A model generated the notes under the pieces. That model had not been told where the DNA came from. It saw only the letters and a program-made list of their open reading frames with translations, and ran no database searches. From an uncultured Zetaproteobacteria bacterium (GTDB lineage Bacteria > Pseudomonadota > Zetaproteobacteria > Mariprofundales > Mariprofundaceae), in the NCBI GenBank assembly GCA_913056285.1, contig CAJXNE010000001.1, positions 1 to 41,909 on the forward strand: a DNA stretch of 41,909 bases, read 5' to 3'. The position numbers were made by a program, and so were the translations under genes. Positions 8,757 to 17,444 of this stretch are shown here, piece after piece. The stretch's first letter is position 1; each line of letters opens with the position of its first letter.

Positions 8757-9676
8757 TCCGGCTGCTTGCGAAAGGCCTGTTTGCCAGTCTGTTCTGCTGC
8801 GGATTGAGTCTGAATGCCCTGGCTGCAACAGACATGGTAGAGGTCTATTTCCTGCCACTCAATGAAGCCGCCGATACGGTCAGGAGCCAATTATCGGATG
8901 ACGGAAAAGTTGCCGTCATTGCGTCACGCCAAATGCTGATCATTGACGATGATCAGGCCCATATCGCCAAAGCCAAAGCATTGCTCAAACGTCTGGATCA
9001 TCCTGCTGGCCAGTATACCGCATTCCTCAACCTTGAGGATACCAGATCAGAACAGCGCAGTGCAGCATCGGTATCCGCTCAGCTTATGTCGGGATCATTA
9101 TCAGGCGGCTGGATGCGACTACAAACGGGCTATCGACAATCCGGCGGTCAATACAGGCAATCCTTCCAGTTACGTATTTCCGGCAATCAACCAGCCAGCA
9201 TGGAAACAGGCGTGTTGCGCTCGTTCAGCCGTGCAACGCGTCTGTGGCTGGCAGGCTATGGTGTGATTCAGGTGAATAGCGTGGAGATGATTCCAATCAC
9301 TTCCGGCTTTCATATCATGATCAGGCCCGCCGGGAAGGATCAGGTACGGGTACGCATCGTGCCGTGGATGCAGCGCGCTGTGGCGCAGGTTCAGGGTCAG
9401 CATGAAATCCTGATTGACCTGGGCAATACGACCAAGCCGGCTACCCCGCCATCGAATACGGCCAATATGCGTTTGAATGCTCAGCCAGGACTACAGGCTC
9501 AACCGATCATTGAGATTGCAGGCGCAGCTACGGAGTTGGTCATTCCGGTTGATGAGTCTGTCACCATTGTTGCCTCGAACAGGGAGGCTGAAAAGCTTGG
9601 TGCTGCATTGTTATCGCGATTTTCCAGTGTCCGGAAACGTCAGTTTGTTATCCATTTGCGGGTTGCAAAAAACTAG
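8753..9676 (+). CDS. exported protein with a secretin N-terminal (NolW-like) domain, short secretin-like family
   Basis: Signal peptide; V..LPLNEAADTVRSQLS..GKV.....QMLII.D....IAKAKALLKRLD resembles secretin N3 domains; beta-rich remainder. Confidence 0.6.
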   Translation: MIRLLAKGLFASLFCCGLSLNALAATDMVEVYFLPLNEAADTVRSQLSDDGKVAVIASRQMLIIDDDQAHIAKAKALLKRLDHPAGQYTAFLNLEDTRSEQRSAASVSAQLMSGSLSGGWMRLQTGYRQSGGQYRQSFQLRISGNQPASMETGVLRSFSRATRLWLAGYGVIQVNSVEMIPITSGFHIMIRPAGKDQVRVRIVPWMQRAVAQVQGQHEILIDLGNTTKPATPPSNTANMRLNAQPGLQAQPIIEIAGAATELVIPVDESVTIVASNREAEKLGAALLSRFSSVRKRQFVIHLRVAKN

Positions 9677-9688
9677 GGACGGCGGCAC

Positions 9689-9973
9689 TCAGCGTTTCAG
9701 GCGGTACCACTTTGCTTTGGTTTTGCGCCAGAATTCGCGATATTCACCTTCGCTCACTTGGTTATCACGATTGGCGTCCATTGTTTTGAAGCGCGACCGG
9801 GCGCGCTGGTCCACCATGGCCTTATATTCAGCATAGGAGACGCTGTCGGAGTGATTTGTATCCAGTTCCATGAACGTATCTACGACTTTATCCGTCGCGG
9901 ATTTGGGGGCTGCAGTGGATGTGGATGCCATCAATCCAAGCATTATCATTACACCAAACAGTCGAACAATCAT
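9689..9973 (-). CDS. small exported EF-hand protein
   Basis: Signal peptide and two EF-hand loops (DTNHSDSVSYAEY, DANRDNQVSEGEY); GAGG RBS. Confidence 0.85.
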   Translation of the reverse strand: MIVRLFGVMIMLGLMASTSTAAPKSATDKVVDTFMELDTNHSDSVSYAEYKAMVDQRARSRFKTMDANRDNQVSEGEYREFWRKTKAKWYRLKR

Positions 9974-10054
9974 GGTAACCTCACACTCCCGGATTGCCGT
10001 CTTAAACGACAGGCGGCATCATATCCGAGTTAATTTCAACAGGCGAGAGGGAAC

Positions 10055-10888
10055 ATGAAAGTCTATCTGGATTTGATGCGCCATGTGCGCGACCACGGAA
10101 CACAAAAAGGAGACCGTACCGGCACCGGCACCCAGTCGGTGTTCGGCCATCAGATGCGTTTTGATCTGTCCCGGGGTTTTCCACTGGTCACCACCAAAAA
10201 AGTACACCTGAAATCTATTATTCATGAATTACTATGGTTTTTGAAGGGCGATACGAACACCCGTTATTTGACAGAAAACGGCGTAAAAATATGGAATGAA
10301 TGGGCCACCGAAGATGGCTCGCTGGGGCCGGTTTACGGTTTCCAGTGGCGCAACTGGCCAACGCCGGATGGCAAACTGGTCGATCAGATTGCCGATCTTA
10401 TTGAACAGATTAAACGTACGCCCAATTCTCGTCGCTTGATTGTATCGGCATGGAATGTGGCGGATCTGCCGGATGAATCCATCAGCCCGCAGGCCAACGT
10501 CGCCAACGGAAAAATGGCACTGGCACCCTGCCACGCTTTTTTCCAGTTTTATGTCGCAGATGGCAAACTTTCCTGCCAACTCTACCAGCGCAGTGCTGAT
10601 ATTTTTCTTGGCGTACCCTTCAATATTGCTTCCTATGCGCTGCTGACGTTGATGATTGCGCAAGTCTGCGATCTGGACGTGGGCGATTTCATCCACACCT
10701 TTGGCGATGCGCATCTGTATTCTAATCATGCCGAACAGGTCGAAACCCAACTAGCGCGCCAACCTTTCTCTCTGCCAATGATGAAGATTAACCCGAAGAT
10801 CAAAAATATTTTCGATTTCACCTTTGAAGATTTTGAACTGGTTGATTACCAATGCCACCCCGGCATTCGCGCTCCAATTGCCATTTAA
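10055..10888 (+). CDS. thyA: thymidylate synthase
   Basis: DRTGTGT, MALAPCH and [14 protein letters not shown] motifs. Confidence 0.98.
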   Translation: MKVYLDLMRHVRDHGTQKGDRTGTGTQSVFGHQMRFDLSRGFPLVTTKKVHLKSIIHELLWFLKGDTNTRYLTENGVKIWNEWATEDGSLGPVYGFQWRNWPTPDGKLVDQIADLIEQIKRTPNSRRLIVSAWNVADLPDESISPQANVANGKMALAPCHAFFQFYVADGKLSCQLYQRSADIFLGVPFNIASYALLTLMIAQVCDLDVGDFIHTFGDAHLYSNHAEQVETQLARQPFSLPMMKINPKIKNIFDFTFEDFELVDYQCHPGIRAPIAI

Positions 10889-10915
10889 TGCGGTTGTCCG
10901 AACTGGGGCCAAGCG

Positions 10916-11410
10916 ATGAATAAACCGCTCATTTCTTTCATCTGGGGGCAAGACAGAAACAGGCTGATCGGTTGCAATAACAGCCTGCCATGGCGGTTGC
11001 CGGCGGATATGGCGTGGTTTAAAAAATCGACCATGGGTAAGCCGATTCTGATGGGGCGCAAAACATATGAATCGATTGGGCGACCACTGCCGGGGCGTAC
11101 CAACCTGATTCTGAGCCGACAAACGGATTTTCTGATTGACGGGTGTACTGTGGTGCATTCACTCGATGACGCCAAATCAGCGGTTCCTGATGCCGATGAA
11201 GTCATGGTCATGGGCGGGGCTGAAATTTATGCCCTGTTATTCAATCAGGCCGAACGTTTATATATCACTGAAATTGACGCTGAATTCGAGGGGGATGCAT
11301 GGTTCCCCGAATTTGACCGCGGTCAGTGGAAAGAAATCTTCAGGGAGTCTCATCAACCGCATGAGAAAAATGCTTATCCTTATGCATTCATCATTCTGGA
11401 ACGGAAATAG
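10916..11410 (+). CDS. folA: dihydrofolate reductase
   Basis: LPWRLPADM, MGRKTYESIGRPLPGR and GDAWFP motifs; follows thyA. Confidence 0.97.
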   Translation: MNKPLISFIWGQDRNRLIGCNNSLPWRLPADMAWFKKSTMGKPILMGRKTYESIGRPLPGRTNLILSRQTDFLIDGCTVVHSLDDAKSAVPDADEVMVMGGAEIYALLFNQAERLYITEIDAEFEGDAWFPEFDRGQWKEIFRESHQPHEKNAYPYAFIILERK

Positions 11411-11416
11411 ATCGGC

Positions 11417-12211
11417 TTAGCTGCTTTGAATCAGGGCGTGATTGCTGCGAATCATCGATTGAATCGTTCTGACATAGGCCATGCCACGTTCGGAATAGGA
11501 TTTCAGACCCACGACTAACACGTGTGCATTCAGCGGCTTGCTCTGTACCCGCAAGCTGTGGCGGATGCTGCGAAATTCGGCGTAGGCAGGCGATGTATTG
11601 ATATTGCTCAGATAAGCGCGCACCGACTGGCGCACATTGTCAAAGCGCCGCACTTCATGGCTGACACCAGCAGCTCGCTGTTTGGGAACCATGCCGCAGC
11701 CTTTTTTATAACACCATTGTCCAAAATAATTATTGCCCTGCCGGGCAAAACGCGATTCCCCCCATGCCGATTCATTGGCGGCCTGAATCAGCGCCATATC
11801 CAGCGGTATAATATCCACGCGAGCCAGTAATGCTTGCCACTCGTCGTAAGTTGGCTCTGCATGCATGTTCACACCATATTGCTCTGCGGTATGTTTTAAG
11901 CGCGCCTGCTGCTCAACATTTAGATGCGACGCTGCCTGCATTTGCCTGATTTGCTGACGCAGGCTTAATATGCGTTTGTTTTCAGCCATGATCACCGGTT
12001 TCATGCTGGCAAAGAAATGCGTTTTCTTCTGCATGATATCGGTCTGGGCAGGTGTTTGTGATAGCTGCGCAACCGGCTTTCGATGAGCATTCTGTTGAGA
12101 TGAAAACTGAATGCTTGTCGAACATGCTGATAACAGCATGGCCAGCGCCCAAAGGGAGATCGTGAGTAATACTCGGGTAGTCAGGGGAATATGAAATCTG
12201 TGTCTATGCAT
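11417..12211 (-). CDS. Bax-like GH73 glucosaminidase-domain lipoprotein
   Basis: Lipobox LSAC; QAANESAWGESRFARQGNNYFGQWC and YSERG motifs of the Bax family. Confidence 0.85.
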   Translation of the reverse strand: MHRHRFHIPLTTRVLLTISLWALAMLLSACSTSIQFSSQQNAHRKPVAQLSQTPAQTDIMQKKTHFFASMKPVIMAENKRILSLRQQIRQMQAASHLNVEQQARLKHTAEQYGVNMHAEPTYDEWQALLARVDIIPLDMALIQAANESAWGESRFARQGNNYFGQWCYKKGCGMVPKQRAAGVSHEVRRFDNVRQSVRAYLSNINTSPAYAEFRSIRHSLRVQSKPLNAHVLVVGLKSYSERGMAYVRTIQSMIRSNHALIQSS

Positions 12212-12307
12212 GGGGGCAAGCCTGCAAATGCATGCTATCTATTCTGTGATCAGCGCCACAATCCAGATTAAACAGACACCGGTCGCCATTGTCGTTACGC
12301 TTTGCCG

Positions 12308-13297
12308 ATGACCGGACAGAATCACACTGCCTCATTTTATGACCTCGGCCCTGAACAGGTGTTGCAGGCGGTCGAAAGCCTGGGTTTTGCCTGCAATGGC
12401 CATCAAATGGGGCTGAATTCCTATGAAAATCGCGTCTATCAAATTGGCATCGACAATGACGAATCCCTTGTTGCCAAGTTCTATCGGCCCAAACGCTGGA
12501 GCGATGCCGCTATTCTGGAGGAACATGTTTTTACACTGGAGCTGGCAGAATTGGATATACCGGCAGTGCCACCGCTGCTTATTGATGGCAACAGCCTGTT
12601 TCATTTCGGCGCACACCGTTTTGCCCTTTACCCCTTAAAAGCCGGGCGCTCGCCTGATCTGGAATGCAAAACGCATCTGCAACAATTAGGGCGCTTTATC
12701 GGGCGCATTCATGCGCTGGGGTCGACACAGGATTTTCAATATCGCCCCGAATTGAATGTGCAAACCTTCGGCGATGACGCCTATGAATACTTGATGGAGA
12801 ACGATTTTATTCCTCCGGAACTGGAAAAAGCCTATGAAACACTGGCGGAGGATTTGCTCGATGCGATTGAAGAACGATTCGCCAATATCGACCCACAACT
12901 GATTCGTCTGCACGGAGACGGGCACCCCGGCAATATCCTGTGGAAACACGATGCGCCCTATATCCTCGATTTCGATGATGCCCGCATGGGACCAGCCGTG
13001 CAGGATTTATGGATGTTTCTTTCGGGTGAACACCAGCATCAGTTAACGACGCTCGATACGCTGCTCACCGCCTACAGCCAGTTCTACGATTTCGATTGTC
13101 GTGAATTATCGCTGATCGAGCCGCTACGCACCCTGCGCATGATGCATCACGCCGCCTGGCTGGCCGAGCGCTGGGACGATCCCGCTTTTAAACGCGCTTT
13201 CCCGTGGTTCAATACGCAGCAATATTGGGAAGAACATATTCTCACACTAAAAGAACAGGCCGCGGCCATGCAGGAAGAGCCACTGCAATGGTTATAA
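12308..13297 (+). CDS. srkA: stress response Ser/Thr kinase (YihE/RdoA)
   Basis: LNSYENRVY, KFYRP, RLHGDGHPGN, DFDD and DPAFKRAFPWF motifs. Confidence 0.94.
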   Translation: MTGQNHTASFYDLGPEQVLQAVESLGFACNGHQMGLNSYENRVYQIGIDNDESLVAKFYRPKRWSDAAILEEHVFTLELAELDIPAVPPLLIDGNSLFHFGAHRFALYPLKAGRSPDLECKTHLQQLGRFIGRIHALGSTQDFQYRPELNVQTFGDDAYEYLMENDFIPPELEKAYETLAEDLLDAIEERFANIDPQLIRLHGDGHPGNILWKHDAPYILDFDDARMGPAVQDLWMFLSGEHQHQLTTLDTLLTAYSQFYDFDCRELSLIEPLRTLRMMHHAAWLAERWDDPAFKRAFPWFNTQQYWEEHILTLKEQAAAMQEEPLQWL

Positions 13298-14839
13298 TCA
13301 GTATTCGTAAGCAAGAACTACTTTCAGCAAACCTTGATCGCTGGCAGAGGTAAGCCCGAACAGATAACCCGCTTCATAGGTGAGCCCGCTGCGTAGCTTG
13401 CCGATCACAACCGGCCCAATCTGGTGGGATTGCAGAGATGGTAATTTGGTATTTCCCACTTCCCCGAGCGAGCCATACAATTCAATTGCCGGTTCCAGCC
13501 ATCGTTTCCAGCGCCATTTGCTTTGCCATGCATATCCCAGCGTAGTGTTTTGCGTGGCCAGCGCCCCCAACTCTTTTTTGAAAATCAGGTTGGCGGTATG
13601 GATGATTCGTCCATATTGTTTTTCCAGCAATAGTTTAAATTCCAGCGCATCCGCTTTGTTCAACGATTTTTGTGGCACGATATATTCAAAATACAGTCCT
13701 GCATCCAGCCAGCGCTCGCCCTGCCCGAACAACTGATAAATATTTTCCCACTTCAAGCCCTGATAAGTGAATTTATTCCCCGGCCTTTTTCTGAAATCGC
13801 CATAAATGGCCGTCATCCAGCGATCAGTCACACCATACTCCAGTTCAAACTGGTGACGGGCGCTGGTGTTTTTGGTCAGGTCGGCATCGATACTGTAATC
13901 AAGCGAATATTCCAGTTCCACCTCACCTTGTTCGACAATGGGCGAGTATACTTTTTTGGCCTGTGCATCCGTTGCCTGCATGGTCATGCCCAGGCAGACC
14001 AGCAACACAGCTGCAACCGTGCCGGCTGGTCGCACCTGTGATTTTTTCTGATAGCGAATAGCTGCCCAGGTTAGTAATAGTACGCTCACAAATGTAAACG
14101 CCTGCATGCCGCTGGGTCTGTCATCATAGCCCATTAACGCATGCAACAGTTGACCTATGATTCCATGTTCCGAAATAACACCGGAGCTATTCCAGATCGG
14201 CTGGCCCCATGCAGGCAATACATCAATCATCACCAGCCACGCCACGCCCTGCGATGCCATGCCAGCGGATAATAGTACAATTAAACATGTCACAACCAAA
14301 AACACATAGCGAAGAGGCACATGGACCAGGCTCTGATACAGACCCAGCGCGACCACAATACCCAGCAGCATGCCTGCCGCACCGCCTGCCAGCATGCCCG
14401 AAGCGCCAGCATTTCCTGTCGCAGCTACGCCATACAGGAATAGCACAACTTCCGAACCTTCCCTCGCAACAGCCAGACCCACAACGATTGAGAGAACAAA
14501 TTTTGCGGTGCCCTGCCCCTCCACATCCTGACATGTCTGGCGAATTTTATGAGACATTTCACGCCCATGTTTGCCCATCCAGATTGCTGTCCAGGACATC
14601 ATTAACGATGCTGCAATCAGCACACCCGCATTGAATACTTCCTGTCCCATGCCCTGCATCGAGCCGGATAATAAATCTGCGAATAATGCAACCAGAATCG
14701 CTACAATCAGACCGCCGGTGATACCACCATAAATCCAGCGGATTTGAATATTCGCCTCGCGCGCGGCCGCCGTTGCAATACCGACAACCAGCATCGCCTC
14801 CAGCACTTCACGAAATACAATAATTAAAGTGGAAATCAT
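13298..14839 (-). CDS. FTR1/EfeU-family iron permease fused to a C-terminal predicted outer-membrane beta-barrel
   Basis: REVLE and REGSE iron-permease motifs, hydrophobic helices and LMGYDDRPS in the first ~260 aa; then a signal-like linker and ~219 aa of amphipathic strands ending LAYEY. Confidence 0.88.
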   Translation of the reverse strand: MISTLIIVFREVLEAMLVVGIATAAAREANIQIRWIYGGITGGLIVAILVALFADLLSGSMQGMGQEVFNAGVLIAASLMMSWTAIWMGKHGREMSHKIRQTCQDVEGQGTAKFVLSIVVGLAVAREGSEVVLFLYGVAATGNAGASGMLAGGAAGMLLGIVVALGLYQSLVHVPLRYVFLVVTCLIVLLSAGMASQGVAWLVMIDVLPAWGQPIWNSSGVISEHGIIGQLLHALMGYDDRPSGMQAFTFVSVLLLTWAAIRYQKKSQVRPAGTVAAVLLVCLGMTMQATDAQAKKVYSPIVEQGEVELEYSLDYSIDADLTKNTSARHQFELEYGVTDRWMTAIYGDFRKRPGNKFTYQGLKWENIYQLFGQGERWLDAGLYFEYIVPQKSLNKADALEFKLLLEKQYGRIIHTANLIFKKELGALATQNTTLGYAWQSKWRWKRWLEPAIELYGSLGEVGNTKLPSLQSHQIGPVVIGKLRSGLTYEAGYLFGLTSASDQGLLKVVLAYEY

Positions 14840-14848
14840 ATCGGCATC

Positions 14849-15205
14849 CTACTTCGCCACAATACGGCCCTGCGCCGTATCAGGATTGAACTCGCCAAAA
14901 AACGGATATTCACCCGCATCGAGTGCGGGCAGAAAAATCACGATTTTACTGTTGCCTGCGACAACTTTTTCCCGATTCAGTTCATAACTCTCAAATTCCT
15001 CCGGGGTGGCATCGTGATTGAGCACAATCAGACGATGCTTTTGCCCCGCCGCCACCTCGATCCGGTCTGGCATAAACACATGGTTTTCAATCACCACGGT
15101 ATATTCGGCTGTACTTCCCATAGCCGGATAAGTTATGCCTATCGTAACAAGCATGGCTATTAGACTCATTTTTAAGATATTGTTTGATTTCATTGTTCGA
15201 TTCAT
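14849..15205 (-). CDS. periplasmic cupredoxin-domain protein (FtrB / EfeO N-terminal-like)
   Basis: Signal peptide; TPEEFESYELNREKVV and YPFFGEFNP motifs. AGGAG RBS at 15211-15215 favours ATG 15205 (or 15208). Confidence 0.88.
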   Translation of the reverse strand: MNRTMKSNNILKMSLIAMLVTIGITYPAMGSTAEYTVVIENHVFMPDRIEVAAGQKHRLIVLNHDATPEEFESYELNREKVVAGNSKIVIFLPALDAGEYPFFGEFNPDTAQGRIVAK

Positions 15206-15220
15206 CATCACTCCTGTGGC

Positions 15221-15239
15221 GCAAATGATAATCGTTATC
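15221..15239. promoter_or_regulatory. Fur box 1
   Basis: GCAAATGATAATCGTTATC, 16/19 match to GATAATGATAATCATTATC, directly upstream of the iron-uptake genes. Confidence 0.88.
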
Positions 15240-15255
15240 ATATTCAGGAGTCAAC

Positions 15256-15274
15256 AAGAATGATAATCGTTATC
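15256..15274. promoter_or_regulatory. Fur box 2
   Basis: AAGAATGATAATCGTTATC, 16/19 match; shares an identical 16-bp core with box 1, 35 bp away. Confidence 0.85.
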
Positions 15275-15337
15275 GAACACACTGCCGAGTGAAGTAACAC
15301 TGCACACTGAGCACTGCACAAGCCAATCTGATTTGGC

Positions 15338-15349
15338 TAGAATACGCCC
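15338..15349 (+). promoter_or_regulatory. putative -10 element of slyX (candidate leaderless)
   Basis: TAGAAT-acgccc-ATG with no SD sequence. Confidence 0.55.
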
Positions 15350-15553
15350 ATGCAAGATCGACTAATCGAACTGGAAACTAAAATTTCGTATCAGGATCAC
15401 ACCATTGGCGAACTCAATAGTGTGGTAATCCGCCAACAGCAACAAATCGACCAACTGGAAAAGAACCTTAAACGATTGCAAGCGCATCTGAAGCAGTCCG
15501 ACAATCATGACATTGCCCGCCCTGACGAAGAAGTCCCGCCGCCGCACTATTAA
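15350..15553 (+). CDS. slyX: SlyX family protein
   Basis: RLIELETKISYQDHTIGELN and C-terminal PPPHY. Confidence 0.95.
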   Translation: MQDRLIELETKISYQDHTIGELNSVVIRQQQQIDQLEKNLKRLQAHLKQSDNHDIARPDEEVPPPHY

Positions 15554-15627
15554 TCCAGAGGCAGTGATGTTTCCGTTATACGGCAAGCGCGGCTATAGTT
15601 GCCGCATCTTGCTGGCAGGTGATAAAC

Positions 15628-17010
15628 ATGTCTGAAAAACCATGGGGCGGTCGTTTTGAATCCCCGACTGATGAATTTGTAGAAGCATTCAATGCATCCA
15701 CCGATATCGATGCGCGCATGTATGCCGAGGATATCGCCGGCTCCAAAGCGCATGCCAGAATGTTATGTGACCGGGGCATTCTGGCGCAGGAAGATTTAAA
15801 CGCCATTTTGCGTGGCCTCGATGAGATTGAAGGCGAAATCAAAAGTGGTGAATTCGCATTCACCATTGCACTGGAAGATGTGCATATGAATATCGAATCA
15901 CGCCTGACCGAAAAAATTGGCGATGCTGGAAAACGCCTGCATACGGCCCGCTCGCGCAATGATCAGGTGACCACCGATACGCGTTTATATTTACGCCGCC
16001 GTAGCGATGCGATGGTTGCGCGCATCCGCCTGCTGCAATCAGTATTGGTCGAACTGGCCGATGCACATGCTGACACCATCATGCCCGGCTTCACCCATTT
16101 GCAAACCGCGCAGCCGGTAACATTTGGTCATCATCTACTGGCCTATGTCGAAATGCTTGAGCGTGATGCAGGCCGCTTCCTTGATGCGCGCAAACGCATG
16201 AATCAATGCCCGCTGGGTTCGGCCGCGCTGGCAGGTACAACATTTCCGATTAACCGGCAGATGACTGCCGAGGCGCTCGGGTTTGATGCGCCGACCGCCA
16301 ACTCGCTCGATGCTGTTTCGGATCGCGACTATATTATGGAATTGCTGGCTGCAGCCTCGATTTGCGCCGTCCATCTCTCCCGTTTTTCTGAAGAGCTTAT
16401 TCTGTGGATGAGTGCGCAATTTGGCTTCATCGACCTGCCCGATGCATTTTGCACCGGCTCATCCATTATGCCGCAGAAGAAAAACCCGGATATGCCGGAA
16501 CTGGTACGCGGCAAGTCCGGTCGCATTATCGGCGGCTTAATAGCCATACTAACCACCGTCAAAGGGCTTCCTCTGGCCTATAATAAAGACATGCAGGAAG
16601 ACAAAACAGCCGTATTCGATGCCTTCGATAATCTCGAAGGTTGCTTAAAAGTATTCGCCGATATGTTGCCCGGCATGCAGGTTAATAAAGAGATCATGCA
16701 CAAGGCGGCGTCATCCGGCTTTGCCACTGCGACCGATCTGGCTGATGCGCTGGTGCGCGCCGGCGTTCCATTTCGTAAAGCGCATGCCATTGTCGGTAAA
16801 TCAGTTGCCCACTGTATCCATGAGAACATCGAGCTACATGAAATGGATGCAGCTACCTGTGCTGACATTGACTCACGTTTGACGACCGATATGGTGCGCT
16901 CGCTTTGCGTGGAAACATGCGTGGCAGCCCGCAACCATATTGGCGGAACCGCACCCGATCAGGTGCGTATTCAAGTCGACACATGGAAAAAAAGACTGGA
17001 GCAATTATGA
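15628..17010 (+). CDS. argH: argininosuccinate lyase
   Basis: WGGRF, HTARSRNDQ, GSSIMPQKKNPD and LPLAYNKDMQEDK motifs; ATG at 15628. Confidence 0.98.
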   Translation: MSEKPWGGRFESPTDEFVEAFNASTDIDARMYAEDIAGSKAHARMLCDRGILAQEDLNAILRGLDEIEGEIKSGEFAFTIALEDVHMNIESRLTEKIGDAGKRLHTARSRNDQVTTDTRLYLRRRSDAMVARIRLLQSVLVELADAHADTIMPGFTHLQTAQPVTFGHHLLAYVEMLERDAGRFLDARKRMNQCPLGSAALAGTTFPINRQMTAEALGFDAPTANSLDAVSDRDYIMELLAAASICAVHLSRFSEELILWMSAQFGFIDLPDAFCTGSSIMPQKKNPDMPELVRGKSGRIIGGLIAILTTVKGLPLAYNKDMQEDKTAVFDAFDNLEGCLKVFADMLPGMQVNKEIMHKAASSGFATATDLADALVRAGVPFRKAHAIVGKSVAHCIHENIELHEMDAATCADIDSRLTTDMVRSLCVETCVAARNHIGGTAPDQVRIQVDTWKKRLEQL

Positions 17011-17444
17011 TGAATATTTTCCTACGCCGCATGCTGTGGGCCGGTTTAATCATTGCCATTACATTGGGCGCTTGTGGCCGGAAAGAAGCACCGCAACCGA
17101 TTGTCTCAAGCTCTGAGAAGCCTCAATTGGTTGATCTGGAATATGAGCAGTCCGGCAATGTTTTGAAATTGACCTTTGTCCTCAAAGGCAACCCTGAGGG
17201 TATGGGTTACCAAATCGATCGCACCCAGATTGACCCTTACTGCAAGTGCCCCGGTTTCTGGCGGCGCTATTCTGATCAACTGCCGTTATCCGACCTGGCG
17301 AACAGGAAAACCAAGAAAATGATTAACCTGAAAACGACCAAGGTGGAATATGTATACCGGCTGCGGGCTACTGATTGGAATGGCAACTTCGGCCCATGGA
17401 GCAAATCAATCCGGGCTCGTAGCGTGGATCTGATGCACAAGTGA
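17007..17444 (+). CDS. lipoprotein with an LptM/YifL-like N-terminus and a fibronectin-III-like domain
   Basis: Lipobox LGAC followed by GRKEAP; YVYRLRA..W.GNFGPWS FN3-like end; ATGA overlap with argH; sits in the argH/dap context typical of yifL. Confidence 0.7.
   Translation: MMNIFLRRMLWAGLIIAITLGACGRKEAPQPIVSSSEKPQLVDLEYEQSGNVLKLTFVLKGNPEGMGYQIDRTQIDPYCKCPGFWRRYSDQLPLSDLANRKTKKMINLKTTKVEYVYRLRATDWNGNFGPWSKSIRARSVDLMHK

Noticed and set aside
15298-15320. Short direct repeat cactgcaca; also ttccggcat twice at about 21312-21330
   Set aside because: Only two short copies each, with no array structure; could be chance.
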